Part shown: positions 11,433 through 24,868 of the stretch, one piece after another
Position numbering within the stretch: position 1 is the first letter of the stretch
Layout of the letters: each line of letters begins with the position of its first letter
From: Haliotis rubra
Lineage: Eukaryota
Direction of reading: 5' to 3'
Assembly: GCF_003918875.1 (NCBI RefSeq)
Contig: NW_025767007.1
Location: 372,001 to 436,000 of the forward strand
DNA length: 64,000 bases
Notes under the pieces: model-generated
What the model was told of the DNA's origin: nothing
Databases searched by the model: none
The model's input: the letters and a program-made list of their open reading frames with translations, nothing else
Position numbers and translations under genes: made by a program

Positions 11433-13127
11433 CACATGTAAATCCCAATCTTGGTGTAATTTCCATGCTTGAATACATGCTTAAACATTGTCAGTACCTG
11501 TAACAAATGCACAACACTGTACCTACACCCTTGTTCGGCTTTGATGCACCAGCCTTGACCTCCAGGCAAGTAGGGAATTACTGCCACATACTGTCATGCT
11601 TAAACTGCCCTTGCGACAAACATTCTGCTGTAGGCTGTTCGGGATAATTTGTCGCAAGCTAAAGACTTCCCAAACAAATCGGCCAATCGGAAACAATTAC
11701 ACTGAAGTGAAAGTCGATGATAGCAAGAGTCTTGCTAAAGATGGCAATTTCACTAAACACCACATACAAACAAGACATATCTGCGAATAATAGTTTGCAG
11801 ATATGTAAACACATTACACAGACTGCAAACTTCTGACACAATCAAGCCCCGAAGTATCTATGTGACCAATCTAAATGTTCAATAAACCATTATAGTCAGT
11901 AGAGGCTTTTAAATCAAACGGTTTCCAAAAAACTTAAGCACTTAAATGTCAAGAAAGCAATAAACTTAAAACCAAACCACCTACGAATGACCGTTATATA
12001 GCTGGAATACTGTGAAGTGCAGCATAAACAACAAACAAACAAAAATACGGATGAAAATCTCGACATGAATCACGTGCATGTGCACATGCATGTATGCCCT
12101 AATTACCAAGTTGGACACGAATATATATATAGTAACAGTGAACAGAAGGATAGGAAAATCCCAGATACTTGTGGTTTTTCAATTACATCTATTACATAAC
12201 ATCAAGTCCGCATTAGTGAATTACTTCGTGTGCACCAACTCCCATAAGATCCTGCTATCAAACAAGGTAATTATCTGCGACCAGCCTGTGTGATCTGGAA
12301 AAGGTGACCCTTCTAGCCTGTGGTGTACCTTCATGTGCAGTCGCCATGGATATACATCAGTCAGCTTTATGCCAGCCTATTGATTGCCAGGAGTCTGGGG
12401 CCAACTGATTGGAAATAGTCTTCCCCCATTACTATCAAGCCAAACACCCAATGAAATTCCATGTAACAATGCTTATACACGGCCTTTGCTCATTAACCCT
12501 TCCTGGATGAGTGGCGTCAGATAATTAACCCTTTCTTGCTCGAGACTCAAAACAATTCCACTGGTGCAAGTTAACCCTTTCCATCTTAATGACATACCAT
12601 TTAAGTCTCTCAGTTGACCATACATATCTATGAAGAGATCTGTTAGAAACCATCATTGCTGCCTACTGTAAATTCTCCAAACTGGCCCTGCATTCCCAAC
12701 CATGAATGCAGTCTTATGTCAATCACCTCATTCTAAGTGGCACTACATTAACAACCATTGTGTACAATTCCACTTGTATTTGACAAAAACATCTTACTCT
12801 TAGCTGAATCCAACAGACAAAAAAATAATGACACCACCATAAGTATAATACTGACCAACATTTGTTAAATTCCTGTCCAAACATGCATTTATTCAGTAAT
12901 TGACAAAGTTTCTAACATCTCCATAACATATAATTTCTGTAGAACACCACAAAGCTTGAAAGACTTCATCCACATCCAATAAGGGCTGACAACATGCATG
13001 TCTACATTAAGTACACTGAAAGGTTTAGGTAGCTGGACCCCAAGCATCACTACTAACAGGACCTTTTTCAAGCATATTTCAGTTTATCTCAGCTTTCCTA
13101 GGGACTGTTCTTAATTTATTTAATTGA

Positions 13128-13325
13128 TGAGTGAGTGAGTGATTTGGGTTTTACACCTCTCTTAGCAATATTCCAACAATATCACTGGGGTGGGGGGATG
13201 AAGAGGAGGAAGAGAGAAAGAAAGACACCAGAAATAGGCTTCACATATTGTACCCATGTGGGGATCGAACCCGGGTATTTGGCATGACGAGCGAACGCTT
13301 TACCACTAGGCTACCCCACTGCCCC
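13128..13325 (-). mobile_element. SINE family A with purine-rich insertion
   Basis: Family A motifs interrupted by GGATGAAGAGGAGGAAGAGAGAAAGAAA. Confidence 0.85.
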
Positions 13326-13497
13326 ATTCATACAAAGATATAGGGTACTAATTACATTACGATATTTAAAAACAGTTCTGACTACACAGGGCTATTGGTT
13401 TAGTACTTGATTCTGATTCCAGAGTTATTGTGAAGGTGCATTTACACAAGTAAAGCTGATAATTATAGGTCATTAGGCAGAATTATACAGAAATATT

Positions 13498-13660
13498 GAG
13501 TGAGAAAGTTTAGTTTTAGGCCGCTGTTAATAGTATTTCAACAATATAATAGCAAGGGACACCAGAAATGGGCTTCACATACTGTACCCATGTGGAGAAT
13601 TCAACCCGGGTCTTCAGCGTGACAAGCAAACACCTTAACCACTAAGCTACATGACCGCCC
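13498..13660 (-). mobile_element. SINE family A
   Basis: Family A motifs. Confidence 0.85.
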
Positions 13661-15070
13661 ATATAGAAAAGTGCTGTACTATTAACTGTAACATGGTTCA
13701 GTTTGGGTAAATTACTCAGAACTCTCAGACCCCATTGTGTTTCAAGTTACATGTTTGACACAATTTTCACTGTCAGAGATGTTTGTCATTGACTTACTTT
13801 GTTCTTAATCCCCGTCATTGAACCAACAACACAACCTCACCTTGTTTGTAAATGCACTGTGAAAGGGTTAAGTTATCCCTGAACGACCTTGCCGTTGGCC
13901 TCATGACCCTTCTGGGGTTAATCCAAGCTCAATGATCCTCGGCCCATGAACTTAGACCAGGAAGGCTAATTTGGCTTAGGGACCAACGTGCGAGAACAAC
14001 ATTAGCTGAAGAATGATCTTGTTAAACCTCATTTTCGGTTATTCCAACAATCCCCAGCTAACAAGGCTACTGACAAATGACGTAGTTCTATCAATGGTTA
14101 CCATCCACTTATGCCATATGATGATACTGCCATACATCATCAGAATCATAACGTGTTACTTCCTGGTGCCAGGCAATGCAGGCTCGGTGCATCCTGATGA
14201 AGTCTCATTAAAACAGCACAATTTATTCTCCTGTGTTTTAACTCCAAGAGGAGGAGGAGATGAAAAACCTAATGGAAATGGAAATAGATTTGCATTTCCA
14301 CAGTTTGGTAAGGTGCGGGTGTTGATGATGTTGTATTCTGGCCATGTGGCAGCCATTTCAAGCATATGGAACACACTTTGACCATTTTTTTTGCCACCAC
14401 CTTAACACAAAGTGAATGAGCTGTTGCAGGTTGCAAATATTTGCAATCTTACACCATCCTCACTACATATCTAAACTATACATTTAGAACAAAATGATAT
14501 TTTGTCTAACATCTTATAGGTGAAACATCTCAATCTAACATGGTTTCTCTATCTACCAAATGGAACACTAAAACATGGCTAAAGTGAGTGTATGAGTGAG
14601 AAGTTGATGAGATTTGTTAAGTCTCCTCACAGCAATAAACATACCAGGAAAACACAGGACAGATGTTGGTAATCCAGTTGTCAGCTACCGCTGTGCTATT
14701 CTACTGCCATTGAATAATGAACGGTATTCAACACTCTGTCAGTGAACATGGCGGGCAAACACTACATGACGCAGACCACAGGTGTTAAACTTTACAGTGA
14801 AATCCGTAAGCATGACCATGGTGCTTACAAACCTAGGATCATAGTCTGATTGAAACTGAATGATGATAATATATGGATAAAGTATAGGAAAGGATAACTT
14901 GCCACAATGCCCTTAAAATGGGGAACTACTTTGGATTGATGGGGGTTACTGCAGTCACTGACGGAAGAGCTGGCTTCACAGAATATACATGGGAATCAAA
15001 CTAGTCGCTCTATGTGACTGGCAAACATACAACTCACTGCCCCAAATCCCTACCACCTTACAAAACATGC

Positions 15071-15118
15071 GAGTGAGTGAGTTTAGAGAGAGACGCCACT
15101 TTTGGCAATATTCCAGCA

Positions 15119-15155
<37 letters not shown>

Positions 15156-15255
15156 ACCCAGAAATGGGCTTCACAAATTGTACCCATGAGGGGAATCGAA
15201 CCTGGGTCTTTGGAGTGACGAGCAAACGTTTTAACCACTAGGCTACCTACCCCAC
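15071..15255 (-). mobile_element. SINE family A containing a (GA)n microsatellite
   Basis: Family A motifs; (GA)n at ~15124-15150; TSD CCTTACAAAA. Confidence 0.85.
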
Positions 15256-16107
15256 CTTACAAAAACCACATAAACATGAGACCTTCTAATACAACAGCTT
15301 CAAGACCTTTTAATAAACAGCCTAAACACTATGTTAGAATTATTCTTCTTCCAAAATTCAAACGTATTGAGCTGTTTGGCCAATAAACTTTCGACAACTT
15401 GCTATAATTCAATTTAAACACATGACAATTGTGAGGATCGTCAACACTAATAACCCTTATAAATATTTCTACCATATCGATGGTTTTCATTTTAGCACCT
15501 ACATCCAGATGAAAAAAATCTCATAAAGTACATGAAAATAGCAGATCATCACCATCCTGAAAATGATCCATCACCAAGAATATTATTTATTAATCTTAGC
15601 ACTTCTTGATCAATATTTTGCCAAATTTTACGACAAAAGATGGAGAGAGAAACATTATCCGGCAAGAGCATGTCCATCCATGAACTAATCCTGGTGATGA
15701 GACTGGAAGGGTGAGATGAGTAGGAAACTGACTCATGTTCTGCAATAAGCACAAGTTATTACGTCTGGGTCGATAGTATCAGGATAGTGATACCACCCAT
15801 AATCAACATCAATTGACTTTGCGGGAAGAAAGAGGTATGGATTGAACCTGAAAATTCCCTTAATCCAATCTTACCAGGTATTGGACCAATAGCTGCCTGA
15901 TGTCCTCAGCACATTGTTACCTAGGCTTCTACTGTAAACATACACCAGGGAATACGGTCATGAATAGTGAACCCAAACCATGGAAGTTGCCCTTGTGAGG
16001 AAGGAAACATAAAAACAACAATGGATTCTTCAAAAATATGTAGACGGATGAAAGGACAACTATATACATGATGCATGTGTCACAGGAAGTAAGTCACTGA
16101 AATATTA

Positions 16108-16273
16108 GAGTGAGTGAGTGAGTTCAGTTTTACGCGCTTTTAACAATATTCCAGCTATAACACGACAGGGGACACCAGAAATGGGCTTCACACATTGTAC
16201 CCATGTGGGGAATCCAACCCGGGTCTTGAGTATGACGAGCAAATGCTTTAACCACTAGGCTACCCCACCGCCC
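16108..16273 (-). mobile_element. SINE family A
   Basis: Full length; TSD CTGAAATATTAGAG. Confidence 0.9.
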
Positions 16274-16309
16274 TGAAATATTAGAGGCTAGTGCCTATTT
16301 TTAGTCTTT

Positions 16310-16563
16310 TGTTTAACGCCAGACACTCAACAACTCCATATTCTTCCAGTTGCATGATGTCAACCTGTTTTGCAATATTCCAGCTATAAAGCGGCTGTCT
16401 GTAAATTATCAAGTCTGGATCAGAAAATCCAGTGATCCACATCATCTACGCAGTTGGGATATGATGATGTGTGTCAGCGAGTTTGAGCACCCAAACCCCT
16501 TTGTCGCCTCTTACAACAAGCATAGGTTGCTGAAGACCAATTCTAAACTGGATCTTCATAGGT
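16310..16563 (-). mobile_element. SINE family B
   Basis: Family B head and body. Confidence 0.8.
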
Positions 16564-16967
16564 GATGTCAGCCTGGAGTCTGGACCAGATGATCTAGTGA
16601 TTGACATTAGGAGCAACAATCACCTGTCAAACTGTCATCAAAAGCATTCAACCAAGACACCAATCATGTTCAACCTATCCAATAGGCAAGGTGGTATGAC
16701 AAGCATATTTTTAGCTAAACAAGAATTCCCAGCGTAGATATTGCCTTTTATTACCTACGAGGGTGAACATATCAGGGTTCATATTTTTCATACAATGCCC
16801 TAGGGCAAAATATCACTTTGTCATGGTGACATGACATCATGAACAAGGCTATGCAGTCACGTTTCTACTGTGACATTGCGTTCTAATGCGGTGACGGCGG
16901 GTAGCCAGCCTGTGTTTGAAAGTAGATTTGGGTTTATTTTCCTCAATTTGACAACTTCAGTAATAAA

Positions 16968-17120
16968 CAGAATATTATATTCATGCCCATATCATACTAT
17001 GTTTACGACACTCGTGCCTAAATATCGGTATATTCCTCGCTCTCGCTCGGGAAATACCAACATTTAGGCACTCATGTCGTAAACATAGTATGGCATGGGC
17101 ACTCATATAATATCCTCTAT
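16968..17120. mobile_element. Palindromic non-autonomous element with asymmetric CTC cores (Crypton-like, tentative); may extend left to ~16740
   Basis: ~65-bp inverted arms around CTCGCTCTCGCTC. Confidence 0.65.
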
Positions 17121-17301
17121 GTATTTATGACTGGCTGTTTATGAAAACCACAAACATATTGTGCAGTAAAGAACTTTACGAATTTTAGTTCCAGAAATAA
17201 CTAGTCCACAGTATGATAATGTAATAATGTCAATAGTATTATACCTCTCTATTCTAGATCGATAAAGAAAATCTCGATTCAAACCCATGATCACTGGTTC
17301 C

Positions 17302-17535
17302 TGGCTGGTTTGTTGGTTGTTTAACGCTGCACTCAACAATATTCCAGCTATATGGTGTCAGTCTGTAAATAGTAGAGTCTGGACAAGACAATCCAGTGAT
17401 CAACAACATGAGCATTGATCTATGCAATTGGGATGCAAAGACATGTAAGTTGCCGAGCCTGTCCACTTGATCAAGTGGCCTCTTACGACAAGCAGGAGTT
17501 GCTGGAGACAAATTCTAACCTGGATCATTATGGGT
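17302..17535 (-). mobile_element. SINE family B
   Basis: Family B motifs, AAC-rich tail. Confidence 0.85.
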
Positions 17536-17629
17536 GCTCGGAAGACAACTGTGCCCTTCAGACAACTGGGTCTTCCATGCTCAAATAACCCCAGGGAGAG
17601 CTCACCTTACTTAGAACCCCACAAGAGAA

Positions 17630-17800
17630 ACTGACTGACTGACTGAGTTTGGTTTTACGCCGCTTTTAGCAATATTCTAGCAATATCACGGCGGGGGACA
17701 CCAGAAATGGGCTTCACTCATTGTACCCATGTGGGGATTCGAACCCGGGTCTTCGGCGTGACGAGCCAACGCTTTAACCACTAGACTACCCCACCGCCCC
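17630..17800 (-). mobile_element. SINE family A, young (AGTC)n-tail subfamily
   Basis: Near-consensus, shares diagnostic bases with 10031-10197; TSD CCACAAGAGA. Confidence 0.92.
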
Positions 17801-18177
17801 CCACAAGAGAGAGTCAACACCAGACACTAAGAGAGGACTCATTCAACTGAAGATCTGACTTATCTTCAGATAACATCATACAACTAATGGGTTTGACATT
17901 CCTTTTCATCCAAGTTGTGGCTGATGTAGGTTCAAGACAACTGACACAGGATGTACACCAGAATGTTTTTGTAATAGGCCATAAAACAGACTTAAATGGT
18001 TTTCATTACTGATGTACCGCTGAAAAAGTACAAATTCTTTGATGTGTTGGAGGAGGGACAATTTGTGATAAGGCTGCCTGTCGATGGTATCTGCTTAATA
18101 ACTGGAAAGATGTGTTGTACCACAAATAACACTTCAAATATTTCAACATAGTTTTCATATAATCATGAAATAATAAC

Positions 18178-18421
18178 TGAGTGATTGAGTTTAATTTTAC
18201 ACCACACTCAGCAATATTCCAGCCATATGGCAGCGGTCTGTAAATAATCGAGTCTGGACCACACAATCCAGTGATCAACAGCATGAGCATCGATCCACGC
18301 AATTGGGATACTGATGACACGTGTCAACCAAGTCAGAAGGCCTGATCGCCGATACCGTTAGTCGCTTCTTATCACAAGCATGGATTACTGAAGATCAATT
18401 CTGACCTGGATCTTTATGGGT
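18178..18421 (-). mobile_element. SINE family B
   Basis: Full-length family B. Confidence 0.88.
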
Positions 18422-19518
18422 CGGAATATTAACCCTCAACAGAGTTGTTGCTCATAATATCAGTCACCAGATTGGCTCAGATTTGACATTTTACAAACCT
18501 CGGTCATATAACTGGGATACTGCTGAGTGTGGTTTTAACGGTACACAAAAAATCAGTGAGAGCAAAGAGTGTGATATTGTGAAAATACCTCATAATAGCA
18601 ATGTTACCATGGTTACAATGGACAATGATTTTTTGTGGCATTGGTACTATTGACATTATGAAAAAACACCACCACTCTTGTTTACTCTCCTCCATAGCAT
18701 AACATAAAGAATTTTTAATAACAAGCTTGTACCTTCTGCACTTGAAAGTGGTATCACCAGGCCACTAACTCATTAAAACCATACAGACATGCTGCAGCCA
18801 GACCTCAGGCTAATGAAGGTATTGTATACGGGCTATTAATTACCATTAATAGCTGAGCACAGCTGCTTGCCCTCCAGTCATCTTTGATAAGTATTAAACA
18901 CATTCCCAGGAAGAATCTAATGTGGACGAGGTGCAGTAATCACTGATGTCCATCACAACAAATGGAATACCAGATCAATAAAGTCACAAATAAAGCATGT
19001 TCTGGGCTAACATCCACAATAAAAATTTTTTTTTTTTTCCAAGCATGAAAAACTGGTAAAAAAGAGCAACCGGAACAGGCAACCCAATGTTGTTTAGTAT
19101 CCAGGAAAACAGATCAGTCTTGTTCAGATGATCATCGATATTGATAAACAAAGGTATATTTTGCCTTGAGAAAGCTGAGCACTAGCTACAATGAATAAGA
19201 AAATCCATATTTCAAAAGGACAAAAAAGTTCATAAAGTATTCCTTGTGAGAACAGCCCAACTGGACATGTTAGAATCTTGGCATCCCTTGGATGGACGTT
19301 GTTTTCGTTTATGTAATTAATGGATGAGGTGAGCTGAAAGGAGGTTCCTCAACAGTTGCTATTGGATACCCTGGCACAGTTTCTGCTGTAGGCGCTCTTC
19401 AAAGTGTTTACCAATCAAATGGTCATCAATATTCACCGACTTTCTTAAACCACAAATTCCCACCTTTACGCCTTTTACCACAGTGGGAGTTGACTTGTTT
19501 TTCTGAGAACAAGGAATG

Positions 19519-19688
19519 GAGTGACTGAGTGAATATGATTTTACACCACTTTTAGCAATATTCCAGCAATATCGCAGCTGGGGAAAACCAGAAATGGGCT
19601 TCACACATTGTACCCATGTGGGGCATCAAACCCGGGTCTTTGGCGTGACGAGCGAATGCTTTAACCACTAGGCTTCCCAACAGTCCCA
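19519..19688 (-). mobile_element. SINE family A
   Basis: Family A motifs. Confidence 0.87.
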
Positions 19689-19830
19689 CATCGAATGGAA
19701 TAATGACCTACACACACACAAACACTCTCTCTCTCTCTTTCTTTCTCTCTCTCTCATATCAGTAAATGTATGTGTGTTAGTGTATGTATTTGTTTACTGT
19801 TTACTGGAATTTCTCGGATGGAAGACATAC

Positions 19831-19959
19831 AGATGTATTTAGAATCTTGGTGTCTCCATGGTGTAATCCGCGGAGACGAAGACGAAACAAGCTCCACATT
19901 GTTACTTCTTTATGAACCAATCAAACTGATTTCCATACGACATATAACTCTTACGCCAG
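19831..19959 (-). other. Candidate exon containing ATG (MWSLFRLRLRGLHHGDTKILNTS from 19899, phase 0)
   Basis: Strong acceptor atttttgttttacttcag|CTGG, donor TCT|gtatgt, local CpG enrichment. Confidence 0.3.
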
Positions 19960-20521
19960 CTGAAGTAAAACAAAAATATATGGTTGAATGATATAGTCCC
20001 GCCTTGAGGAACAACTATATGTTATTAAAGCACCATGCCAGTCGGTTCTTGAACCACAAGGTCACCAGTCTGATCACACAGGAAAGCAATTCAGCTCCCC
20101 ATGATTACAAATCATTTGTCTCACTTCACCTGCAGGTAAAACCCTTTCTGTAGCAGAATGACAATTACACTGCTAGTAGCGCTGGTCTAGACAGCCAGTT
20201 GGCCAATCAATGGCAAACAACACACCAGCATATCAAATACTGTGAAATAACACCATGGAATAAATCACCTGGAGTTGGATTCCTTCTGAAACCACTAAGA
20301 CATGAACCATTAACACACAGGTGCAATCTCGTCAACCAGTGTGACAGGTAAATCCAGGTGTGTCACCATCTAGCTTGCCACATGCTTACTTTGTTCATGG
20401 TTACCTTGAAATGAACTCCTGCACGAGTCTCACATACAAAATATGGCCACTGGCAAAAGCCATTTTTCATTTTGTAGATCTATTCCTGACAGGTATTTTT
20501 AGGTCATTTTGAACACTAACA

Positions 20522-20731
20522 TTGTTTGTTTGCTGTCTAGAATCAAACTCAGTAATATTCCAGCTGTATCTGGGAAGTCTGTAAATAATTACGCCTGAAC
20601 CATACAATCCAGTGACTGACACAATGAGCATCACTGTATGCAATTGGGACATGATGTCATGCACCAACAAGTCACTGTGCCTGTTTGTTTCCTCTACAAC
20701 AAGCATGGGTTGCTGAAGACCAATTCAAACC
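20522..20731 (-). mobile_element. SINE family B, degenerate
   Basis: Family B motifs. Confidence 0.75.
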
Positions 20732-21040
20732 TATTCCAACACTAACAATTATACGTTGACAATGTCAGTATTTCAGTTGTATCACTGTTATCTTAATAAA
20801 GGCAGATAACTCTAACAGAACACTTTGGTGAAGCAGGTGTAGTGATGAAACCGAGAAACATGAGATGAATCAGGGATTCCAACCCACAAGTATAGGTTCC
20901 TGACACATCCAAGGGACACAACTTTACACAAATTCCAGCCACTCAGATGACTGGGACACCCAACCCATGTAGGTTCACTGTCATTAGTTAACACCTTAAC
21001 TTTGTACTATTTTTAAAACAAATCTTGTCCTGGTGAAGAA

Positions 21041-21354
21041 CACTGTAAGCATCTGCCTCCTGACATGTTGGTTGGTAGATTGAATCTCGGGACAAATATT
21101 TGCCAATGTTAAATTTGTGATAAACACATTGTAAGCATCTGCCTCCTGACATGTTGGTTGGTAGATTGAATCTCGGCACAAATATTTGCCAATGTTAAAT
21201 CTGTGATAAACACATTGTAAGCATCTGCCTCCTGACATTTTGGTTGGTAGATTGAATCTCGGGACAAATATTTGCCAATGTTAAATGTTAAATTTTGGTT
21301 GGTAGATTGAATCTCGGGACAAATATTTCCTAATGTTAAATCTGTGATAAACAC
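21041..21354. repeat. Tandem repeat, 86-bp unit x~3.6
   Basis: TGTAAGCATCTGCCTCCTGAC recurs at 21044, 21130 and 21216. Confidence 0.92.
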
Positions 21355-22877
21355 TTTTGAGGCTTTAATATTAGTTAAAGATACACACTATTCTGACTGC
21401 TAGTGTTACCATGGTAACAAATATGGTTTAACATGGTTTACTTTTCTAACTTTTTGCTAACATACTCAAATGAAATATCAAATGGAAGTGCTTATTAGAT
21501 TCTCTTTCTTTGCCTTTTTCCTGTAAATCTCTACAGCGCTGTTCTAGCTGTAAATGTTGTTTCTAATGAAGACATGCTGTCATATTTCCACATTCTTCAC
21601 ACGAAATTGAAAAACGGAGAAAAGAAATTTCACTTCCACTGATCGGCACTGAAGTTCCAGGTTCCTGTGAAACAGCCTCTGCCAGGAATTCTGCCATTCC
21701 TTGGAGAATCGGCAAAGGCTATAATTTCCCTGAACCCCAGCAGCTATCTTTCTGAAATGTTTTCATCCTTCAAGGATGTCAAACCTTCACACACTTTCTC
21801 AAAGTACAACGGCAATCCCAAGTGGTGTTTCTCAACATTTTATCCATACATTTTTCTCAAACTCGAAATGTAATATATCCTTTCTTACAAAATCTTTGAC
21901 ACATATTTCTCAGACGACAATTTACAGTAACAATCAATATGTTGAGCAGAATATCTATAAAAGCAGTAGTTAGCACCACTAAACAGCATTATGTATTCAA
22001 ACGATTTTTTTTATATTGCATAAAAACAATTAAAACATATCTTTTTTATATCGCATGAAAACAATTAAAATATTCCGAGGATCCAGAGCACATATATCCA
22101 ACCAGCACATGTTGAATACGGTCATATCTCCAATCATTTATCACCACTATAACTCCTGCAACATTGTAATCTTTCTTGGTTTCCCTGCTAACAACATGGA
22201 AAGTCCTATCTTCAAATTGCAAGGGAATAAATCTGTTAAAGGTGATCAGATAATCAGAATTACTGGAATTCTATTTTTTACAATTATCTTTGACATCTTA
22301 TCCTAATAAATGCACATTTTTGGAAAGACACACAGACAGACAGATACTCACATAGCACTATCTAGCTTCACATCAGGGAATAACGAAAATCATGAAATAA
22401 ACATATTCTGAAACAAACCTTATTCCAATAGAAGTAAAGACTCTCCCAGAGTAATAATTCCCTTGGGAGAACGTTACCAAGCCATGTCGTTACAGAGTAA
22501 GTTAAATTGCCTTTCAATGAAGTCGTCCAGAACAAATGATTGGCAGAAACAAATCCATTTCAATTAAAATGGATTCTAAAATGGCCTTGTTAAAAGTTGA
22601 AACCAAAAGAAACTAATTAAACCATGACGATCAATACCTACTTGTGTTGTTGAGAAACAATAAATATATATCTCAAACAGTTGAAGCTTTTCCCTGTTAA
22701 CAAATTTCATGTATTATTTTCTCACAGGTTATAAATTCTGTTATTTCTGAATATATAACAGCATAATGTTGATTGTTAATTGATTATTCCTGCTTAGTTA
22801 TGTAGGAAAATAAAAGATGGAAAGAGAATTAGTCAACAGTGTCACATACTTTCACTGTTAACAGCATGGAGCACATG

Positions 22878-23280
22878 AGAGTGAGTTTAGTTTTTACGCC
22901 GCCTTTTAGCAATATTCCAGTTATATCACAACAGGGGACACCAGAAATGACAGGGGTGGAAATAACTTTAAAATTGCTAGTGTACTCCGGAACAGTGGCA
23001 CATGTAAAATCACTTGCCCCGATAATTTTTCCACTATACCGTCCGTTTTCTTGTTGATTTTTTAAAATAAACAACATATCAACTGGACACCGGTACAGTG
23101 TGATATACAAATTTGCTTGCCCGACAGAAAAAAACACTGGACTCGGACGTCAGGCAATGGGTTATTTCCACCCCTGAATGAGCTTCACACATTGTACCCA
23201 TGTGGGGAATCGAACCCATGTCTTCAGTGTGACAGGCGGACGCTTTACCCGCTTTAATCGTTAGGCTACCCCCCACCCCC
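22878..23280 (-). mobile_element. SINE family A split by a MITE
   Basis: Tail/body 22878-22950, remainder 23177-23280. Confidence 0.88.
22951..23176. mobile_element. MITE with perfect 16-bp TIR and 5-bp TSD (hAT-like CAGGG termini)
   Basis: CAGGGGTGGAAATAAC / GTTATTTCCACCCCTG; TSD AATGA. Confidence 0.92.
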
Positions 23281-23343
23281 AAAGCACACGAGGTCTGTGG
23301 GTAGAGACCTGTAGCCCTCTCACTATATCACAGTGGAGACATA

Positions 23344-23581
23344 TTTGTTTGTTGTTTAACACTGCACTCAGCAATATTCCAGCTATATGGCGGCCGCCTG
23401 TAAATAAATGAGTTTGGACCAGACAATCCAGTGATCAACAGCATGAGCATCGATCTACGCAAATGGGATATGATGACATCTGTCAACAAACTCAGCAAGT
23501 CTGACCACCTGATCCCGTAAGTCCCCTCTTACGACATGCATGGGTTGCTGAAGACCAATTCTAACCCGGATCTTCATGGGT
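23344..23581 (-). mobile_element. SINE family B
   Basis: Full length; TSD GTGGAGA(C/T)ATA. Confidence 0.9.
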
Positions 23582-24725
23582 TTGTGGAGATATAAGTAAA
23601 TATATCTATCAGACATATACAAGTCCTTATTTTATCATTCAATGACCATCTGTATGTATTTGTTTGCTTATTATGTGACAAATTCCATTATTAAAATCCT
23701 ATTTTATGCTTATGGTGAGTTTAACATCCCTTTTCATATATTCCCAAAATAAATCAATGGGAACACCAAAGAAAGGTTTCAAACACACTACCCCATGACA
23801 AGACTTAAAGACAGGATAAGAACTCAAGCTTTACCATGGAACACAAGATCACTGCCCCTGTAACTATTTAGACATAAATATCCCAAGATCAGATGCAAGA
23901 GGAACTACTTAATTCCTTCTGTAAGTTAAAGAAAACTCCTTAAAGTTACTTCTGTGTAGACATGCTGCCCAAAATAGTAACCGACAAGGCAATATCAGTC
24001 TCGTCGTGGACTTACTAGGGCACAGCAGCGAGGGAGCTACATCGACATCTGACTGATCATTAGATGGTCGATTCACTAATTAAATCAATACTCCAAGCAT
24101 GGGGCTCTATACCATTTCACTAATAACCCTACGACATTGCCGGAATTCGAGTAACTAGGTTTGGTAAGTCGCGTCTAAGAGTATCTTCTCTATGGCACCG
24201 CTGGAAAGATCTTTGTGTTTGTTTTATGGGCACTGTCATCCCTTATCGCTGATTCTGACGAATCAGTGTGTACCACTCATGCAGGTGCTAGACATGCGCA
24301 CCACAGCCTTGCTGACTTTCCAGCAGGAGTTTGAAAATAATTCCAACATTTATTTTTCATGACTTGCAACAGAATAATCACATTACATGAAGACAGGAAT
24401 ATCTATGCACGACTGGAGTATAAAAGAGTGGGGCTATTTTGAAAGCTGGTTACCAACTCAGACTGATTAATCTCTCATTTCACAATAATGTACCTGGGGG
24501 CTAAAAATGAACATTTGATCTTAAGCTCAGCATGAGGGACAGAAAATCAAGCCAACTGCCCCATGGATATTAATATTTTCTTATTATCCATATGGTGGAA
24601 CATAAGTCATGTCATATTTTCAATACGTGCACATATCACTTTTGCCTAGCAACCATTGTTTCTGTATTTCGTCATCTATGATGTCATTAAACAATTGAAC
24701 GTGACAAACATAAATAAAATGGATA

Positions 24726-24868
24726 ATAAAGAAATTATTACGCTCGCAAGTGTGCCATACAACTTGTAAGAAACTCGTGCAAAATAATGCCGAGAGCTCA
24801 GGCAATACAAAATTTCAGACTCAATTCGTATAAGTCGTACGACACACTTGCTCGTGTAATAATCTCTA
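24726..24868. mobile_element. Second palindromic element with CTC asymmetric cores (Crypton-like, tentative)
   Basis: ATTATTACGCTCGCAAGTGTG ... CACACTTGCTCGTGTAATAAT arms; same AATAAA start and CTCTA end as 16968-17120. Confidence 0.55.

Noticed and set aside
15549-15752. Protein-like minus-strand ORF after a good acceptor (ttattgcag)
   Set aside because: No convincing donor before the stop and no recognisable homology; left uncalled
20988-21354. Three overlapping ORFs
   Set aside because: Derived from the 86-bp tandem repeat
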